From: Licmophora abbreviata
Lineage: Eukaryota
Direction: 5' to 3'
Assembly (NCBI GenBank): GCA_900291995.1
Contig: OLMU01002984.1
Coordinates: 1-35,889 of the forward strand
Length of the DNA: 35,889 bases
In this document: positions 21,573 through 33,500 of the stretch, piece by piece
Position numbering within the stretch: the first letter of the stretch is position 1
How the letters are laid out: each line of letters starts with the position of its first letter
The notes under the pieces: model-generated
Database searches by the model: none
What the model was told of the DNA's origin: nothing
Seen by the model: only the letters and a program-made list of their open reading frames with translations
Translations under genes and position numbers: made by a program

Positions 21573-24500
21573 CTAACCTTTCGGGTTCTTGTAAGAGCCA
21601 GGTGCGGGAGCGACGTTGTTGCTTCGCGTGTCACTGTACTCTCGCAGGAAGAAACGCCGACTCTTCATATCCCAGGGTCGACGCTGGGGTGGGTCGCTCC
21701 CGCTAACGAAACCAACGTAATTGAATGTATTAAACACCCACACGCTTCCCTCCCGACCACCGGAACCACTGTCGTCCCAGATCTTATGAACATAGGTGCT
21801 CTCTTTGCACCACTCCTTGCAAACGCACCGCATACACTTTGGATCAGGCGGCTTGTCAGTAGTCGTGCCGATAAACCCAAGCGCCACAAACTCGTCACTA
21901 GGGGGCACAGGCTCCCATGCAAAGAACGGATTACTGCCGTGTGTCAAGCTCCAAGCCAAACGGAACCGAGCGGGATTTGGCAAGTACCGATCCAATACAT
22001 GCGGCAGCCAACTGCTACCGCCAAGAAAACTCCCAGTGGTATCCGTGACCTCAAGTCCTAACCGATCTTTTCCATCCTTATTCGGATTGTCGTAACCATC
22101 GCCGGCAAAATGGCCAAGCGTGACGGATGCCTTGTTCGCCCGGAAGGCGCCGGACTTTTCCTCGGGGTCCCAAACACTCGCTTTCTGGCGGCTCATGCTG
22201 CCTTGGCTAGTCCAAACTTTCTTAAATTTGGAGACTTTCTTCACCTTGACCTTGATACCTGCTAGGACGCCCTCAGGGATCTCAACCTTCTTAGAGGATT
22301 GGTCGCCCGACGGCATTGGAGGTAGTGGCATCATATCGCCGTTGAACTCTGGCATGGCACCCTCGCCGCCTTCCCAGCCGACAGCCCCCTTGAACTCGTC
22401 TAGATTGATGTAACCGTCCTTGTCCTTGTCGACCTCCTTCATGAAGCCGAGTAGCAGTGCCTGATCTAGCTTCAAACCGAGCCACTCGAGGCCAGTTTTC
22501 ATGTCAAAGAAGTTCAACAGACCATCCCGATCTCTATCGAAGGCGCTGAACGCATCTCTCGGGTACATACCGCGGGACTTTAAGAGAGCCGTGATCCGTC
22601 CGATGGCGATACGCGCCGACAGGAGATGGTGCTCGTCTGCAGTCACGAAGATCTTGGAGAGTGTCGTGGTTGTCGGGTCTCTCTGCTTGCGGCGACGGTT
22701 GCTCCGGACCTCGACAAAGTAGTTGTACCGCTGTTCGATCGTATTGTTCTGAAGCGATCGAAGCAAAAGATTCAGCTCTCGTGGCTGGTAGTTCACTTGA
22801 CTGTCGATGAATCGATAGCAAGCATGTGTCGTAGAATCTTGGAAGCTCTGTGCTGGTTCGTATCCGTACGTCGAATCCAACATGGTGCGATCTGTGCGCA
22901 ACGCAACAGCCGTGTCTTTACCGGGTACAAGCGGTAGACCAGACTGTTGGTGCATGGCCGCTCGCATGCATTCAGCCTCGAACAGGGACAATGCGACATA
23001 ATGTCTTCCTGCCTGTACTCGATAGTACAGCTTCTCCGTCAGCATCTGCTTCAAGTGTTCGAAAGTGATCTGCCCACCTCCAGCTGATCTCACGTCGATG
23101 GTCTGAAAGAACTTGTCGCCTTCCTCAGCGTCCACTTCTACGTCGATGGCTTTCAGTACTTCCTTCACCTCAGAAACGGAGATGCCTCCAGACTTGTCCG
23201 CGTCGGCCATCGAGAACGCTTTCTTCAGCGTCTTCTCCTGGGCGGCCGAAAAAGGTTTACCGACTGCTGCAACTTCGCGGACTCCAGCTCTCGAGGGAAC
23301 GAAGTCCATTGTCACGATGACATTCTTGAGCCGACGGTGAGTCTTCATACTCCAGCTCTTGTCATAGTGATTTCTAGACATGTACAGATAGTCTGGAAAC
23401 TGAACCGAGCACCCCTTTGAGAAGAGGTAGTTCTTGACGGAGAACTGCGATGCTGGATAGAAATGCTTCTCCCACGGCTCGATCTTCTCTTCGCCCTTTT
23501 TCGACGTGTAACGGACTTCCTTGGTCTGTTTCGGTACAGATAACGAAGCGACAAGCCACGGTTCAGGGTTCTCTCCATCGCGCGTGTAGCGCTTTTTCTT
23601 GAAAGCCTCATGGACTTCTTCTTCCTCCTCCTGGACGGCACGGTACGCGAGAAATGAAGTCAGTTTTGATTCATGGGGCGGTCCTCGCTCTCCTATGACA
23701 ATGTTCACTCACCTCTTCTTCTTCCTCTTCCTCTTCTTCCTGCACATTTTAAATAGAAAGGGCGATGAAGCAAAGTCGCTGTGAGGGCTCCGACAACATC
23801 GAAATACATGGCTGGCAATAACAGACTTACTTCCTCCTCCTCCTGGGCGGAGAGGCATACGAAACAGTATACGGCGTTAGAAATCAACACAGCAATTATC
23901 AATACAGCACGCAACGAAAGCTGCCTCACCTCTTGCTCTTGTAAGACTTCCTCCTCAGCGACTTGTTCTTTCTGGAGGTCCGCATCTGCATCCTCTGCTG
24001 CCTCCTCCTCGATTGTGGGCGCTCCGAATACTTTCTTCGCCAGACCTTCGGAATTCACAAGAACCATCAATATTTTGTCGATTACAGCCTTGTCGTAGTC
24101 GGTTACAATGAAGTCTTGGTTTCGCATAATACTATGCCTTAACTTGTCGGACAAAGGAACGGGGAGCGGAATATTGTTCTGAGCAGTGTAATCGATCCTC
24201 TCAGTTAGCAGATCAAGGCATTTCTGGATTTTTGGCATCCCAACCAGAGTTCGCGTAGCGGTTGATGTGCCACCGACGCCAGCCTGAACGACAGACCGAA
24301 TCTCAGTGATGTCGTCTGCAAAAAGCTTGCGACTTCCGTCGAAGATTCCATCTAGATCGGAGGTGATATCACTGGTATCCGGTCTAGATGCACTGGAGCT
24401 TGCGAGAGCGGCGAACTCTTTGACTCGACCTGCAAATGCCACCTGGGTCAATTCTTTGTAGGCGCTAGTAAGAATTCCGTACGCACGCTTTCGCATAACA

Positions 24501-27500
24501 TTGTCAACACTCTGGTGGCACAACATTCGGAACTGTACGTTCTCCGATTTCATTCCATTGACTGTTAACCACGCAGCAACATTCACAAGAAGCTGCCCCC
24601 CGGGCTGCCAGATACCCGAACTGCAGGTGGCGAGGCAGCCGACAGAGTCAGAATATCCGAACCGTAAGAGGCTGTAGGAGAGAGGGGCGACGGGAGCTGG
24701 GGCGACGTAGGATGGATACCAAGCGGTCTATGATTGCCCTTCTTGTACTGATCTTCGACGAGCCGAAGAACCTCGGGAATGACGAGCAACTCGATTGTTT
24801 GTCCTTTTCCGATTCCTCTCATTCGAAAAGCACCTTGGGCATAATCTCTAAATGTCATGTCTTTGCCCAGAGTAAGCGCCGCTCTTGCGTCGATGCATTG
24901 GTGGATATCCATTCCAGTTGTATGGATCTGATCATAAAACGAGAAACGTCTATCCGGGGGGATACCAGCCTGGTTCAAGCGGACAATATTCATTCCATGT
25001 CGCATCAGTATCATTTTTCGATCTTTGTTGTCCAAGAATACAACACCGTCGAAAGTCATTGGCAGCCCGTTCTCAAGCAAATACCGAGCGACCTCATAGT
25101 TGCTCATGCCCGTCACAAGAGCACCAGAATCAAGCAACACGTGGAACGGTGGGTCACTGGTGGCAACTGCATCCAGCAGCTTCGTCACGGACCAGTCAGC
25201 TGGCAAGATGCGACTTGAAACAATAGTTTCAGTGGTTAGATAGTGCAAGATCTGGCCATCCACGCACTCATCATATTGGCACTGCCCAAGCTCTTCGGGG
25301 AGAAGGTCACTGGGAGTCCCGCTGAAGCCGACACGTCTCGAAAAGAGCATTTCACCGCCAAGATCCTGCCCCGATGCGTTGATCTTTTCGTGGTGATGTT
25401 CCATTGTAAGAGGAAAGACAAAGCTATCGAGGTAGTACTCGATGACAAGCGGAATTCTTCGTAGCAACTTAAACGTGACGCCCATATGGTGCTCATCCTT
25501 TAGATCAAGCAAATGCAGGGGCCAGATATCGTCCGCGCCTCTTCCTCCAATTCGCGCGCCGACCATTGGGGCCTTCAAGAAAGCATCTGGGTCATCGCTG
25601 TCAACTGACTGGCCTTCACGAGGCCCTCTCACCTTTCCGCCCGCCGCTTCGACCCACTGAACGAAGCGAAGCGAAGACGGGCGCTTGTGATACGGCCCGT
25701 ACTCCGAATCGAGCCTTTCACGGAGCTCGAGCAACACGTTTTCAAAATCGGTGAATCGCAGGCCTTCGTAGCGGTAAGCAAAAGTCGTCAAACCAATAAC
25801 AACATCCGGATGCGAGAATTGACTCGCTCGGCTTGGAATATCCTTGCCGACGAATGGAATCGCGGCTAGCCTTCTGGTCAAAGAGATATGCGGATCGGAC
25901 GAGAGAGCAAGTTCAAGATCTTCCTTCGAAAGCAAACCAAAGCTTACGCGGTCGATCTTCCCCATCATGAAGGGTAAAAAGTTGTGAAGAAGGTCGTGAC
26001 TGAGATTGAGCATCTTCATATATTCATCGTCGAGAGCCACTGACACTGCGGAAGCTGCCTTCTGGTCCTTTGCAGGACCATTAATCATGTACGACAGCAA
26101 GTGCTTGTCGTCAACAGAAGGAAGGCGTTTATTCCGGAGGTACAGAAGTTGCCATCTCGCCATAAGTGGTTTCATCTCACGGTGATAAAAGTTCTTGCTG
26201 AGTAAGACGAGATGGGGCGTTTGCTGAATATGCTTTTGTGTGATTCCCTGGCCGATGACGCCCGCAATGCTCTCAAGGATTGTGATCGCCTCGCGACTGT
26301 CCTTGAAAGCGACGGACATTTGCCTCTGCGTCGCGTAGAATATTGCGTCAATGAGATGCCACTGAATATCCCAACGAATCCCCATGCCAATCTTCGAGCG
26401 AGAGAAGTCGATCAGATCTTTTTGACCAATTGGCCAATTCAATTCACTCTTCAAGGGGTGGAGTAGGAGATCGACTTCATCGAGAAGGAGAACCCCCGTG
26501 CGAAATAACTTCAATATCTCAGTGCAGTAGAAGACATCCTCTGGATTGACTCTAAGCTCCTGGACAATTGAGCTGTCACGGAATCGGCGCGCAATGTTCG
26601 ACACGGCCGATAGAAAGCCACTGCTGGGATCCGATTTCTTGCCTTTCCGCTTACCTCCGGTGCGAGCTTCTTCCAGCTGTCGCATCATTTCGACAAACTT
26701 CAACTCGAAAGACTTGATACTGGTCGGCGTGGCGCAAATAACAGCCTTACTGTCGCGCGCCTTGCACAGCTTCAGATAAAGATCCCTGGTGATGGGGCTG
26801 CTTCGATCGAAATGGAAAGTAAACACAGGCTTGCGCACCACTGCAGCAAACTTCTCCCTCATTACCCCCCTGGAGAACTCAAGCAGAGCGTGTGGGACTA
26901 CCTGCGTGACCAGTGACTTGCCATCAGCGAGCATTAGGGCAAGCAACGGCGTGACGACAGTCGTCTTTCCCGCGCCCATGATCATTTGATGGCACATTGA
27001 CTGGTTGTTTCGAAGCGAATCCATAAACTTGTTCACAAGGATTACTTGGCTCTTCCGCAACATGAGCGAATAGGTGAACTCGAAGACAAGGAATCGAGGG
27101 TCGAACTCTATTTGTGAGCTGACTGTGTTCATCTTCATGAAGTGGCGCTCACCGGTAATATCGGTTGCAACCTTGGATGCCTGAAGCGAAATTTCCTTCG
27201 TGATACGTGTTCTAATTTTCATATCGTTCGATCCCTTGACGTCTCGTAGGAGGAACATGAGCTTCGACAAACTGTCAAGAACAGAAGCGTCGTGTTAGAA
27301 AGGGGTCAGCGTCTACTAATTATTCAGAAATATGTCGTTGGCGTACCTTGTGAGAGCTCGATGTGTTTGAGAAATACGAATTGAGGTCAACATAGCAACG
27401 ACAGTCAAACTTGTGACCGTCTTGTAAGCAGTCGTAGAGAGATACGGGTTCAGGGACCGAATGTCGTGTTCCGCTGTAGTGGAAAGAATCGAGGCAACAA

Positions 27501-30500
27501 GGAGCTCAAACCAGGCCGATGGCTCTCGTTCACTGCACTGGCCGAGCCGAAAACGAAGGAAATTGCATTCTCCGTTGGGACCACCAGAGTTCGGGGTGTC
27601 GCTCCGCTCATCACTTGTAGCAATTGCCAGCGCCCGATTCATCAGATTCCAAAGAGACTTTCTATCAAACTCCATTGCGGAGTTCAACGATTTGATCAGC
27701 GCACCGAGTTTCGAGCTTGCGTTGCTCAAAGTACCAGGGTTGTCATGAAATGTCTCGATTTCCCAAGGAGCGAACCCAACCAGAGTGGGCGTCGTTTCCG
27801 AATTAGCTTTCCCTGCATATTTCAGAACGTCGGTCGTCACGCGATTCATTGTCGCCTGCGAGCAATGCGTTTGCGTCGCTCTCTCTTTTGAAAGATTAAA
27901 GGGTAGCGTGCTCGCGACAGGAGGCATGCGGAGCTGGGAGCGCGTCATTTCACTAACGTATTGCTCAAGCTTGATCGGCGCCAGAGGCTTTGTTGCAAAA
28001 GCGTGAAGTTGTTTCATCGGAATATTCACCGATGCACAGTTCTGAATGTCCAAGCAAAACGTCGACTGAGAGTAGTCTGTGATACGAGGCACACACCACA
28101 AGCGATGCTGAGCGTACGATTGAGGTCTGGTGAGAATCATTGTCGCTCGCATGGCGCCTGCCTTGAACGAGGGAGGATTCTGAATCATCTTTCTAACTCC
28201 TTCTTGACGGAAGAACGTAGCAAGCTGATCGAGCAAGCGGCTGACAGCGTCCTTTCCTTGAAACATGCCCTTCAGCTTTGTCATACCGCTATCGATCTGG
28301 AACCTTGGCATGTGTGGATGCATCGCAAGCGCTGGATTCTCAGCAAGGATACGAAGAACCGACATTTCAGCAGACACGATCGTAAAATCGGCGGGAGGCA
28401 GAAGACGGAAGAGCATTCGCCCCCAGTTGTGCGTTTTGTCGTTCGGGTGAAGTTTGAATCCTACGGTCCCCGTTAGCAAGTCGTAGAGCAGAGGGAATCC
28501 GTATCTGGATGACGCAATCTCGATCCCGGAAGACACTGCGGAATTAATATACTCAAGCGCTCTTATTCCACCGAACGCGACCTGTTCCTGCGAACACAAT
28601 AAACCGCAATTGACAAGTGTCAGTCAGACAGCGATTGAATAACGAGCGAGCTCCAGTCAAGCATCACGTACCTCCTCGGGCCTCGAGTACGCCGCGCCAA
28701 ACAGCTTCGATGAAACCATTGTCTTCTTCGGATTGTCCATAATCGTGGTGTCAAGCCCGGTGTCGAAGTCAACGAACGATGGTGCCTTTTGTGTACCCAA
28801 CTTGACAGTGAGCGACTTATCGGCAGGCAACGTACTTAAGCTGGTCACCGCAGTCAGGTACGCCTTTCTGTTAAGCAAAGCCAGGGCGAGCTTGTCGCGG
28901 GTATTCGGGTTGCACAGCCTCAGAAGAAGTAGCTCTTCCTCTGCAGTCAGTCGACATGCTGACGAAACATAGGGGTGTTTCTTGCAATACTCTTCCATTT
29001 CCTCTGAGATACTCCAGGGACAAGTCATGGAACCATCCCCGCCCAGCCCTACGGTGACTACCGAGAGCTTCAAACGACATGCATGCGCGTCAGGGTGGTA
29101 GTCATTACCCAAGAACTCGAGTTGATTGAAGATTTGACGCTACGATTGAGATCAAGACTGTTAGCACGCTTTGTAGAAAAAGTTGTAGCATCACCTCTCA
29201 ATTCTACTCACCTCTTCAGCGGAGAGCTCTTCGCTTACGCATGATTCGACCATCTTGAAGACGTCCTGGTACGCTCCCGTAATAAAATATAACACCATCA
29301 AATACATTGACGACGCCAGCGATGGCGTGACAAGAAACGACCTCGAGTTGTGAACGGGGTAAAGGTAGCACCGGATTTCACCCATGTTATCAATCCACTC
29401 CTGGTTGCGTCGATCGAGGATCACTTGAACAGACAAGTGTACACCATCGATATGGAGCCTCCGTGGCAAAGCGCAACCCGGCACAAGTACAAACAGATCT
29501 TTGTCCGCATTCTGAAGAACGATGAAATGTGAGACGAATCCGAGGAGTCGTTCCGCAATTTCTCTCGCTTCCGTCGAGGTCGAAATGAACAAGCCGTTGT
29601 AGTCATTACTGTAGAGACGGAAGTCTGTTTTTCCGTCAATGGTGTCGACCTTTCTGGCCTTGAACGACAAGTTGACTCGTGGTAGCTCCACGAGGTCGAT
29701 GGAAGCCGGAGAATGAGCCGTCTTCACATCGGATGTACTCCAGATCAACACGTTTGAGAGATTATCGAGACGTGACAACAGCATTCCAACACGCTTTAGG
29801 AATGAGGACGGAGGAGCAGATAAAACATTCAGAAGGGTGAGGGAAGGGCGATTGTGATCTCGTTCTTCAACTTCGTGGCTTGCGCTGAGGACCGGAGTGC
29901 GCTGAATCATCGCCTCTGCCCGGGAATTGCAGAAACCACTCTGATCAAAGTCGCTGCCCTTTGCCAGAGTGATCTTCAAACGCGAAGATGGGCGTTCGCT
30001 TGCCCCTTTGATGGTGCCGTCAGCTTCCACCACGGGAGGGGGAGGGACGTCCTCGTACCCAATAATGTTATCATCCTCGCTCTGCCAAAAGGTGTACTTC
30101 TCCACCAGCGCTGTCGGGAGGAGACCAGCCAAAAACCGCGAAGGTATCAGCGTTTGCGTTCCCAGCTCAGAATTAAGAGCACGCGTGACGATCAAGGACG
30201 TGTCAGGACTCAGCGTAGTCATCGGAATTCCAGCAGACAACGAGAGAATGCCGCCAACTCGATCCGGATAAGGTTCTCCGGAAACTTCGTGAAGGCAGAG
30301 AGACATATTTGACGTGTACTCCAGAACCCGCATGTGTCTTCGGCCATGCTCCTTCACATTGAAGACATTGACAACAGGCGGGTGCTGCCACACGACAACC
30401 TCCTTGAGCGTGTGAGAAGAAGCTGAGTCCGCAGCTTTCGGATTCATAATCCATCCTGTCAAAAGAATGTACGGCTCTTCCGAGTGATCTTTCTTGCTCA

Positions 30501-33500
30501 TGTAGAGCGTTACATCCGGTAGAACGAGGGGAAGCTTCTCCTTCAAGATATCGGCTATCCATTTTTCGCTGCCTCGCAAACCAGTTGGGAATTTTCGAGT
30601 AAACTCAAGATTCCGAGCATCCTTGATATCATAATAGTTTCTTGCGTCCGGACTCCAGGATTCAACGTCATATCGTCGTCCCACGAGTCGCCACCAGTAG
30701 CGATTGGTAGTGTGCATTACTTCTGCGCAAGCAACGTCCGACGCGTCTCTGAATGCCCTCGCCCTTGTCGTCGCGAAGTCAGGGTCTTCAAGAATATGTG
30801 GATCGAGCAATGTCATCTTGTGGTTTTGAAGTGTGAAGTCGCTCAGCTGCATGTTCACTTCAATACCGACAGCCTTTGTCGTCACATAAAGCATCCATTC
30901 CTCGTACGACTGTCCCGGCTTTGGTATTCTGTAACTTCCATCTCGCAGTTTTACGTCTTCTGTATCCGGAACAAAGCGACCGTAGCATGTCGGATGGCCG
31001 ATACTCTGCCAGTGACGTTCCTTCATTTCCTCGTCACCGACCTCCCGTGTCCCAGTTCCTGTTGCAAGACGCACCACTGCCTCCATCGCGTTATCGCCAT
31101 CGACGGTGCTCTCCTTGATGAACCTCAGAATGTAGTACCGATGAGATTGGATAATGTCGAAGATCTCCGACTGGGCAATCTGGATCGACGGAGGGGGGTG
31201 CGTTGGATTCGCTGTATCCTGCAGATCATCGTATACATTGGTGCTGAAGCGATGATTGATCGTCAAGTACACTTGCGACGATAGAATCACTGATACCGCT
31301 CGGTAATCATACTCTTCGTATGTATAATTCTTGAATAGATAGAGAAGGTGCGCATGAACCTTGCAAGCAACATCGACATCCTTGTTGCGGGAGGGATCAA
31401 TCCAATACTCAAGAGTCGGGATGGCTTGTGAGTCAAGCATGCCTCTTATCTTCTTTAGTGCTGTCTCGACCTTGATGTTATCCATGGACTCCAGTCCTCT
31501 GGGCCGCTTCTTACCAGGAGCGCACTTTTTCAGAGCGTACTTCAGAAAACCTTCGATTCGCACAGCAAGTCGGATGGCATAGAAAATCAAAGGTCCAGAC
31601 GACGAAGCCTTAGTATACTTTCCAACATCCATGTCCAGAGCACGCTCTAAGATCTTGATAACACATGTAGTCAGGACCCCAGGAGACTTCGCGATCTCAT
31701 TGAAAAGGGTCCCGTGGGGCGTAGCAAGAAGCGCCTGCAGTTTGTCTCGATCAACGACCGGAATCTCAGTGACAACATCAGTAAAATCTGCTGGCCTCCA
31801 GTGACCGGGCTCGAAGAGTGAGGCGTCCACAATCAGCTGTAGAGACTTGGTTTTTAATGCCGTAAGCCGACCAGGATCTCCGTTTGCAAAGAAGTCGAGA
31901 ATGAGTGGGATCCGGATATAGGGAACAGTCAGAAACTGGACAAAGCGCTCGGAGTCAGATGGACTAAGGATGTTTCCAAACGTCGGCAACTCTTGTGGGG
32001 TTAGATGTAGAATATCATCCTCATTATCAACATTGACTGGTTTCACTCTGCGAGAAACAGAAGCATATTGAGCTCGGACTTCAAAAATAGCAAAAACGGA
32101 CCATCAGATAGACTGCTCTCGAGCCTAACAAACATACCTAGACTTCTGAAATTTCTCTCCGCAAGAGTTTACAACGTTCGTAGGATCTGCCGACGACAGT
32201 CGTGCTCGCTCCGCCTTCGACTTCGAGGAGAACAATGAAAGGAAACCCTGAAATGCGGTACTGCTTGTTTGAACCGCTGCCACCTTCTCTACAAATTCTT
32301 GCGGGTGCCCATGAAACGCAGTAACACGATACTCGTAGACTGCAATCGAGTCTTTGTCCTTTCGGTCTTCCACAGCCTTTCGTTTCATTTCCCAGTGCAG
32401 CGTCGCGTCCGATGGTAGCCACGCCTTTCCAGTAGGAGTGTCCGCAGGTGCCTGAGCCTTGCCTGATACTGAATGCTTGAAATGGAATACAATGTCCCTA
32501 AAATACTCGAGCTCCGGAAGTACCTCAATGATCGACCCGTTTCTCCCCGAAATCAATGACGAAGCGTGATTCATTCGAGTTTCCTCGGGTGCTGGATTCG
32601 GGCGAGGAAGAGCCAAGTTAATTGACAATTGATCAATCAATTCGATGTCCCCCTCCATGGGACAGAGAGTCATGTCAAAGTTGAAAACTGTGAGTTGTCG
32701 AGACCCATCCGCTTTCATAGTCATGTCACGGAGGTAGTCCAAGCACTGAAATCGCAACGAGCAGATATTAGGATCGTAAATTGGAAGATTCGCAGCAAGA
32801 GTATCGAACGCTCCTGCTTCAATGGCAAACGGCTGAGTTGGGCCTTCGCACAGGCCAGAGTAATGCAACGCAAATGTACTGGGATCGTCGACAGCTCGAA
32901 CGCGACATATAGAATCTGCGACACATGCTCCACATGCAAGCGCCGTCGCCCTAATGGCCACCAAGCCTCTCGACTGCTGTACACAAGCTGTCGCTGCGGA
33001 GTAAATTCGACAGATACGCCTGATCAGAAAAAGTACGTTGAGTTGCGTCTCTCTCCGCATTTCTCCTTTTCTCCAGAAGCAATATGACGGGTCGGAGTGT
33101 GGCATCGGTAACAGCGTTGTCAACGCATACTGGGCCGCCGAAGCGGCAAAGGCAGGTGCATTTTTCACGAGCTTCCGTTGTTGCATCAAGAGACTACAAG
33201 CGTCCGCAATACGTTGAAGTGAGGACGACGCAGTCTGAAAATCTGTCGCTACCGGCGGCAACCCTTCGTCCGTCAGAACTGGCGGAATCAGGATTGGATC
33301 AGGGCGAGGCTGTCCCATCAGTGTCTTGACCACGTTTTCGTAGTTATCACGACGAAGCCTACCGAACAGCGGATGCGCTGCTGATCCGGCGTCGGTTCGA
33401 AGAGTCGTCAGAATGCCTTTCGAAAAAGAGTCGTTCATAGCGGCAGCAGACAAGCCATGCCGATGCTGATCCATAGGCTTGGAGGAAGCGAAATTGAGCT

